A stretch of 64,000 nucleotides of DNA from Azolla caroliniana (lineage: Eukaryota > Plantae > Polypodiophyta). The position numbers and the translations under genes are program-made. Below are positions 56,201 through 64,000 of the stretch, one piece after another. The stretch is taken from assembly GCA_043228905.1 (NCBI GenBank), contig JBHGNT010000024.1, forward strand, positions 124,001 to 188,000. Reading direction: 5' to 3'. Within the stretch, counting starts at the first letter, position 1, and every line of letters begins with the position of its first letter. The notes beneath the pieces are model-generated. The model saw only the letters and a list, made by a program, of their open reading frames with translations, was not told the DNA's origin and did not search any database.

Positions 56201-59200
56201 ATTTTTGTGTTCAAACATGCAAATCGAAGCTAACAATGCTAGCTATGATATGGAATTAAAAAATCAAGAATTTGAAACTCAGGTCGAGAGATGTGACGAA
56301 ATTACCAAATTTGAGAAATGATTTGAGAGGAGCCCTTGAGTAAATTAAAATGTTCATATCGGGCTCGTGTGATATCGGATTTTTGTGTTCAAACATGCAA
56401 ATCGAAGCTAACAATGCTACCTATGATATGGAATTAAAAAATCAAGAATTTGAAACTCAGGTCGAGAGATGTGACGAAATTACCAAATTTGAAGAGTGAA
56501 TTGAGAAGAGCTAGTAGGTAAATTAAAATGTTCATATCGGGCTCGTGTGATATCGGATTATTGTGTTCAAACATGCAAATCGAAGCTAACAACGCTACCT
56601 ATGATATGGAATTAAAAAATCAAGATTTTAAAACTCAGGTCGAGAGACATGACGTAAATAGCAAACTTGAGGAGGGAGTTGAGAGGAGCCCTTGAGTAAA
56701 TTAAAATGTTCATATCGGGCTCTTGTGATATTGGATTTTTGTGTTCAAACATGCAAATCGAAGCTAGCAACGCTAGCTATGATATGGAATTAAAAAATCA
56801 AGAATTTGAAACTCAGGTCGAGAGATGTGACGAAATTACCAAATTTGAAGAGTGAATTGAGAAGAGCTAGTAGGTAAATTAAAATGTTCATATCGGGCTC
56901 GTGTGATATCGGATTATTGTGTTCAAACATGCAAATCGAAGCTAACAACGCTACCTATGATATGGAATTAAAAAATCAAGATTTTGAAACTCAGGTCGAG
57001 AGACATGACGAAAATAGCAAACTTGAGGAGGGAGTTGAGAGGAGCCCTTGAGTAAATTAAAATGTTCATACCTGGCTCTTGTGATATTGGATTTTTGTGT
57101 TCAAACATGCAAATCGAAGCTAGCAACGCTAGCTATGATATGGAATTAAAAAATCAAGATTTTGAAACTCAGGTCGAGAGACATGACGAAAATAGCAAAC
57201 TTGAGGAGGGAGTTGAGAGGAGCCCTTGAGTAAATTAAAATGTTCATACCTGGCTCGTGTGATATCGGATTTTTGTGTTCAAACATGCGAATCGAAGCTG
57301 GCGACGCTACCTATGATATGGAACTAAAAAATCAAGATTTTGAACCTCAGGTCGAGAGACATGACGAAAATAGCAAACTTGAGGAGGGAGTTGAGAGGAG
57401 CCCTTGAGTAAATTAAAATGTTCATACCTGGCTCGTGTGATATCGGATTTTTGTGTTCAAACATGCGAATCGAAGCTTGCAACGCTAGCTATGATATGGA
57501 ATTAAAAAATCAAGATTTTGAAACTCAGGTCGAGAGACATGACGAAAATAGCAAACTTGAGGAGGGAGTTGAGAAGAGCCCTTGAGTAAATTAAAATGTT
57601 CATACCTAGCTCGTGTGATATCGAATTTTTGTGTTCAAACATGCGAATCGAAGCTAACAACGCTAGCTATGATATGGAATTAAAAAATCAAGAATTTGAA
57701 ACTCAGGTCGAGAGATGTGACGAAATTACCAAATTTGAGGAGTGATTTCAGAGGAGCCCTTGAGTAAATTAAAATGTTCATATCGGGCTCGTGTGATATC
57801 GGATTTTTGTGTTCAAACATGCAAATCGAAGCTAACAACGCTACCTATGATATGGAATTAAAAAATCAAGATTTTGAAACTCAGGTCGAGAGACATGACG
57901 AAAATAGCAAACTTGAGGAGGGAGTTGAGAGGAGCCCTTGAGTAAATTAAAATGTTCATACCTGGCTCGTCTGGTATCGGATTTTTGTGTTCAAACATGC
58001 GAATCGAAGCTCGCGACGCTACCTATGATATGGAATTAAGAAATCAAGATTTTGAAAGTCAGGTCGAGAGATGTGACGAAATTACCAAATTTGAGGAGTG
58101 ATTTGAGAGGAGCCCTTGAATAAATTAAAATGTTCATATCGGGCTCGTGTGATATCGGATTTTTGTGTTCAAACATGCAAATCGAAGCTAACAACGCTAC
58201 CTATGATATGGAATTAAAAAATCAAGATTTTAAAACTCAGGTCGAGAGACATGACGAAAATAGCAAACTTGAGGAGGGAGTTGAGAGGAGCCCTTGAGTA
58301 AATTAAAATGTTCATACCTGGCTCGTGTGATATCGGATTTTTGTGTTCAAACATGCAAATCGAAGCTAGCAACGCTAGCTATGATATGGAATTAAAAAAT
58401 CAAGAATTTGAAACTCAGGTCGAGAGACATGACGAAAATAGCAAACGTGAGGAGGGAGTTGAGAGGAGCCCTTGAGTAAATTAAAATGTTCATACCTGAC
58501 TCGTGTGATATCGGATTTATTTGTTCAAATATGCGAATCGAAGCTAACAACGCTAGCTATGATATGGAATTAAAAAATCAAGATTTTGAAACTCAGGTCG
58601 AGAGACATGACGAAAATAGCAAACTTGAGGAGGGAGTTGAGAAGAGCCCTTGAGTAAATTAAAATGTTCATACCTGGCTCGTGTGATATCGAATTTTTGT
58701 GTTCAAACATGCGAATCGAAGCTAACAACGCTACCTATGATATGGAATTAAAAAATCAAGATTTTAAAACTCAGGTCGAGAGACATGACGTAAATAGCAA
58801 ACTTGAGGAGGGAGTTGAGAGGAGCCCTTGAGTAAATTAAAATGTTCATATCGGGCTCGTGTGATATCGGATTTTTGTGTTCAAACATGCAAATCGAAGC
58901 TAACAATGCTAGCTATGATATGGAATTAAAAAATCAAGAATTTGAAACTCAGGTCGAGAGATGTGACGAAATTACCAAATTTGAGAAATGATTTGAGAGG
59001 AGCCCTTGAGTAAATTAAAATGTTCATATCGGGCTCGTGTGATATCGGATTTTTGTGTTCAAACATGCAAATCGAAGCTAACAATGCTACCTATGATATG
59101 GAATTAAAAAATCAAGAATTTGAAACTCAGGTCGAGAGATGTGACGAAATTACCAAATTTGAAGAGTGAATTGAGAAGAGCTAGTAGGTAAATTAAAATG

Positions 59201-59780
59201 TTCATATCGGGCTCGTGTGATATCGGATTATTGTGTTCAAACATGCAAATCGAAGCTAACAACGCTACCTATGATATGGAATTAAAAAATCAAGATTTTG
59301 AAACTCAGGTCGAGAGACATGACGAAAATAGCAAACTTGAGGAGGGAGTTGAGAGGAGCCCTTGAGTAAATTAAAATGTTCATACCTGGCTCTTGTGATA
59401 TTGGATTTTTGTGTTCAAACATGCAAATCGAAGCTAGCAACGCTAGCTATGATATGGAATTAAAAAATCAAGATTTTGAAACTCAGGTCGAGAGACATGA
59501 CGAAAATAGCAAACTTGAGGAGGGAGTTGAGAGGAGCCCTTGAGTAAATTAAAATGTTCATACCTGGCTCGTGTGATATCGGATTTTTGTGTTCAAACAT
59601 GCGAATCGAAGCTGGCGACGCTACCTATGATATGGAACTAAAAAATCAAGATTTTGAACCTCAGGTCGAGAGACATGACGAAAATAGCAAACTTGAGGAG
59701 GGAGTTGAGAGGAGCCCTTGAGTAAATTAAAATGTTCATACCTGGCTCGTGTGATATCGGATTTTTGTGTTCAAACATGC
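49460..59780. repeat. Four-copy variable-length higher-order repeat (14-, 16-, 15-monomer spacings)
   Basis: CAAACGTGAGG at ~50436, 52928, 55776, 58446 and CTTGCAACG at ~49466, 51958, 54806, 57476 give offsets of 2492, 2848 and 2670 = 14, 16 and 15 x 178. Confidence 0.88.
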
Positions 59781-60199
59781 GAATCGAAGCTGGCGACGCT
59801 ACCAATGATATGGAATTAAAAAATCAAGATTTTGAAACTCAGGTCGAGAGACATAACGAAAATAGCAAACTTGAGGAGGGAGTTGAGAGGAGCCCTTGAG
59901 TAAATTAAAATGTTCATACCTGGCTCTTGTGATATCGGATTTTTGTGTTCAAACATGCAAATCGAAGCTAACAAGGCTACCTATGCTATGGAATTAAAAA
60001 ATCAAGATTTTGAAACTCAGGTCGAGAGACATGACGAAAATAGCAAACTTGAGGAGGGAGTTGAGAGGAGCCCTTGAGTTAATTAAAATGTTCATACCTG
60101 GCTCGTGTGGTATCGGATTTTTGTGTTCAAACATGCGAATCGAAGCTAACAATGCTAGCTATGATATGGAATTAAAAAATCAAGATTTTAAAACTCAAG

Positions 60200-63100
60200 T
60201 CCAGAGACATGACGAAATTACCTAATTTGAGGAGTGAGTTGAGAAGAGCTAGTAGGTAAATTTAAATGTTCATACCTGGCTCGTGTCATATCGGATTTAT
60301 TTGTTCAAATATGCGAATCGAAGCTAACAACGCTAGCTATGATATGGAATTAAAAAATCAAGATTTTGAAACTCAGGTCGAGAGACATGACGAAAATAGC
60401 AAACTTGAGGAGGGAGTTGAGAAGAGCCCTTGAGTAAATTAAAATGTTCATACCTGGCTCGTGTGATATCGAATTTTTGTGTTCAAACATGCGAATCGAA
60501 GCTAACAACGCTACCTATGATATGGAATTAAAAAATCAAGATTTTAAAACTCAGGTCGAGAGACATGACGAAAATAGCAAACTTGAGGAGGGAGTTGAGA
60601 GGAGCCCTTGAGTAAATTAAAATGTTCATACCTGGCTCGTGTGATATCGGATTTTTGTGTTCAAACATGCGAATCGAAGCTGGCGACGCTACCTATGATA
60701 TGGAACTAAAAAATCAAGATTTTGAACCTCAGGTCGAGAGACATGACGAAAATAGCAAACTTGAGGAGGGAGTTGAGAGGAGCCCTTGAGTAAATTAAAA
60801 TGTTCATACCTGGCTCGTGTGATATCGGATGTTTGTGTTGAAACATGCGAATCGAAGCTAGCAACGCTACCAATGATATGGAATTAAAAAATCAAGATTT
60901 TGAAACTCAGGTCGAGAGACATGACGAAAGTAGCAAACTTGAGGAGGGAGTTGAGAAGAGCCCTTGAGTAAATTAAAATTTTCATACCTGGCTCGTGTGA
61001 TATCGAATTTTTGTGTTCAAACATGCGAATCGAAGCTAACAACGCTACCTATGATATGGAATTAAAAAATCAAGATTTTGAAACTCAGGTCGAGAGACAT
61101 GACGAAAATAGCAAACTTGAGGAAGGAGTTGAGAAGAGCTAGTAGGTAAATTAAAATGTTCATACCTGGCTCGTGTGATATCGGATTTTTGTTTTCAAAC
61201 ATGCGAATTGAAGCTAACAACGCTAGCTATGATATGGAATTAAAAAATCAAGAATATGAAACTCAGGTCGAGAGATGTGACGAAATTACCAAATTTGAGA
61301 AGTGATTTGAGAGGAGCCCTTGAGTAAATTAAAATGTTCATATCGGGCTCGTGTGATATCGGATTTTTGTGTTCAAACATGCAAATCGAAGCCAACAATG
61401 CTACCTATGATATGGAATTAAAAAATCAAGAATTTAAAACTCAGGTCGAGAGATGTGACGAAATTACCAAATTTGAAGAGTGAATTGAGAAGAGCTAGTA
61501 GGTAAATTAAAATGTTCATATCGGGCTCGTGTGATATCGGATTATTGTGTTCAAACATGCAAATCGAAGCTGACAACGCTACCTATGATATGGAATTAAA
61601 AAATCAAGAATTTGAAACTCAGGTCGAGAGAAATGACGAAAATAGCAAACTTGAGGAGGGAGTTGAGAGGAGCCCTTGAGTAAATTAAAATGTTCATACC
61701 TGGCTCGTGTGATATCGGATTTTTGTGTTCAAACATGCGAATCGAAGCTGGCGACGCTACCTATGATATGGAATTAAAAAATCAAGATTTCGAAACTCAG
61801 GTCGAGAGACATGACGAAAATAGCAAACTTGAGGAGGGAGTTGAGAGGAGCCCTTGAGTTAATTAAAATGTTCATACCTGGTTCGTGTGGTATCGGATTT
61901 TTGTGTTCAAACATGCGAATCGAAGCTAACAATGCTAGCTATGATATGGAATTAAACAATCAAGATTTTAAAACTCAAGTCCAGAGACATGACGAAATTA
62001 CCTAATTTGAGGAGTGAGTTGAGAAGAGCTAGTAGGTAAATTTAAATGTTCATACCTGGCTCGTGTCATATCGGATTTATGTGTTGAAATATGCGAATCG
62101 AAGCTAACAACGCTACCTATGATATGGAATTAAAAAATCAAGATTTTGAAACTCAGGTCGAGAGACATGACGAAAATAGCAAACTTGAGGAGGGAGTTGA
62201 GAAGAGCCCTTGAGTAAATTAAAATTTTCATACCTGGCTCGTGTGATATCGAATTTTTGTGTTCAAACATGCGAATCGAAGCTAACAAGGCTACCTATGA
62301 TATGGAATTAAAAAATCAAGATTTTAAAACTCAGGTCGAGAGACATGACGAAAATAGCAAACTTGAGGAGGGAGTTGAGAGGAGCCCTTGAGTAAATTAA
62401 AATCTTCATACCTGGCTCGTGTGATATCGGATTTTTGTGTTCAAACATGCAAACCGAAGCTAGCAATGCTAGCTATGATATGAAATTAAAAAATCAAGAT
62501 TTTAAAACTCAAGTCCAGAGACATGACGAAATTACCTAATTTGAGGAGTGAGTTGAGAAGAGCTAGTAGGTAAATTTAAATGTTCATACCTGGCTCGTGT
62601 CATATCGGATTTTTGTGTTCAAACATGCGAATCGAAGCTAACAACGCTAGCTATGATATAGAATTAAAAAATCAATATTTTGAAATTCAGGTCGAGAGAC
62701 ATGACGAAAATACCAAACTTGAGGAGGGAGTTGAGAGGAGCCCTTGAGTAAATTAAAATGTTCATACCTGGCTCGTGTGATATCGGATTTTTGTGTTCAA
62801 ACATGCAAATCGAAGCTAACAACGCTACCTATGATATGGAATTAAAAAATCAAGATTTTATAACTCAAGTCCAGAGACATGACGAAATTACCAAATTTGA
62901 GGAGTGAGTTGAAAAGAGGTAGTAGGTAAATTAAAATGTTCATACCTGGCTCGTGTCATATCGGATTTATGTGTTCAAATATGCGAATCGAAGCTAACAC
63001 CGCTAGCTATGAGATGGAATTAAAAAATCAAGATTTTGAAACTCCGGTCGACAGACATGATGAAAATAGCAAACTTGAGGAGGGAGTGGAGAAGAGCCCT

Positions 63101-63280
63101 TGAGTAAATTAAAATGTTCATACCTTGCTCGTATGATATCGAATTTTTGTGTTCAAACATGCGAATCGAAGCTAACAACCCTACCTATGATATGGAATTA
63201 AAAAATCAAGATTTTGAAACTCAGGTCGAGAGACATGACGAAAATAGCAAACTTGAGGAGGGAGTTGAGAGGAGCCCTTG
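60200..63280. repeat. Dispersed copy of the diverged block at ~37420-40490 (offset 22784 = 128x178)
   Basis: ORFs 39027/61811. Shared rare variants include GAATATGAA, GCCAACAATG, GAGAAATGACG, AACAATCAAG, TTTATAACTC, CCGGTCGACAG and CCTTGCTCG. Confidence 0.9.
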
Positions 63281-64000
63281 AGTAAATTAAAATGTTCATA
63301 TCGGGCTCGTGTGATATCGGATTTTTGTGTTCAAACATGCAAATCGAAGCTAACAATGCTAGCTATGATATGGAATTAAAAAATCAAGAATTTGAAACTC
63401 AGGTCGAGAGATGTGACGAAATTACCAAATTTGAGAAATGATTTGAGAGGAGCCCTTGAGTAAATTAAAATGTTCATATCGGGCTCGTGTGATATCGGAT
63501 TTTTGTGTTCAAACATGCAAATCGAAGCTAACAATACTAGCTATGATATGGAATTAAAAAATCAAGAATTTGAAACTCAGGTCGAGAGATGTGACGAAAT
63601 TACCAAATTTGAGAAATGATTTGAGAGGAGCCCTTGAGTAAATTAAAATGTTCATATCGGGCTCGTGTGATATCGGATTTTTGTGTTCAAACATGCAAAT
63701 CGAAGCTAACAATGCTACCTATGATATGGAATTAAAAAATCAAGAATTTGAAACTCAGGTCGAGAGATGTGACGAAATTACCAAATTTGAAGAGTGAATT
63801 GAGAAGAGCTAGTAGGTAAATTAAAATGTTCATATCGGGCTCGTGTGATATCGGATTATTGTGTTCAAACATGCAAATCGAAGCTAACAACGCTACCTAT
63901 GATATGGAATTAAAAAATCAAGATTTTGAAACTCAGGTCGAGAGACATGACGAAAATAGCAAACTTGAGGAGGGAGTTGAGAGGAGCCCTTGAGTAAATT

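Larger units (their letters stand above)
1..64000. repeat. Tandem satellite DNA array, 178-bp monomer, ~359 head-to-tail copies, single orientation
   Basis: CTCAGGTCGAGAGACATGACG recurs at 1, 179, ... 63932. Adjacent repeat-derived ORFs start 178 bp apart (11799/11977; 41562/41740). No non-monomer sequence was seen, and the array runs off both ends. Confidence 0.99.

Noticed and set aside
173-62005. Thirty short ORFs (61-81 aa; MKLRSRDMTK..., MSKLKCSY..., MFEHKNPI...)
   Set aside because: They are translations of the satellite that appear only where a SNP removes a stop (e.g. GAGTAA>GAGTTA). Most plus-strand ones start at TTG, they overlap on both strands, and they show no recognisable domain.
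1-64000. CRISPR array or other repeat-spacer/cassette system
   Set aside because: There are no unique spacers; the full 178 bp is repeated, and no cas, recombinase or reverse transcriptase gene is present.
1-64000. Embedded transposon, inversion or unique-sequence island
   Set aside because: None seen on reading. The length accounting (358x178-8+37+89+89) leaves no room for an insertion unless it is an exact multiple of 178.
1-64000. A single regular HOR, or an information-encoding order of monomer variants
   Set aside because: Periods change locally, and the order is adequately explained by nested duplication and conversion.

Overview
The whole 64-kb window is one uninterrupted head-to-tail tandem satellite array of a 178-bp, AT-rich monomer (about 359 copies, all in one orientation). 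Consensus: CTCAGGTCGAGAGACATGACGAAAATAGCAAACTTGAGGAGGGAGTTGAGAGGAGCCCTTGAGTAAATTAAAATGTTCATACCTGGCTCGTGTGATATCGGATTTTTGTGTTCAAACATGCGAATCGAAGCTAACAACGCTACCTATGATATGGAATTAAAAAATCAAGATTTTGAAA. I see no genes, RNA genes, transposon insertions, inversions or CRISPR spacers; all listed ORFs are chance readings of the repeat. It looks like eukaryotic centromeric, pericentromeric or subtelomeric heterochromatin, probably plant, but I cannot name the family or species. I found no new coding system. The interest is architectural: nested, locally variable higher-order repeats (6-, 10/11-, 12-, 14/15/16-, 22-, 25- and ~52.5-mer spacings), long-range block copies up to ~30 kb apart, mosaic monomer subtypes, near-perfect 178-bp register, and three out-of-register junctions at microhomologies (+37 bp once, +89 bp twice). 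All alignments were done by eye from diagnostic variants, so block boundaries are approximate.
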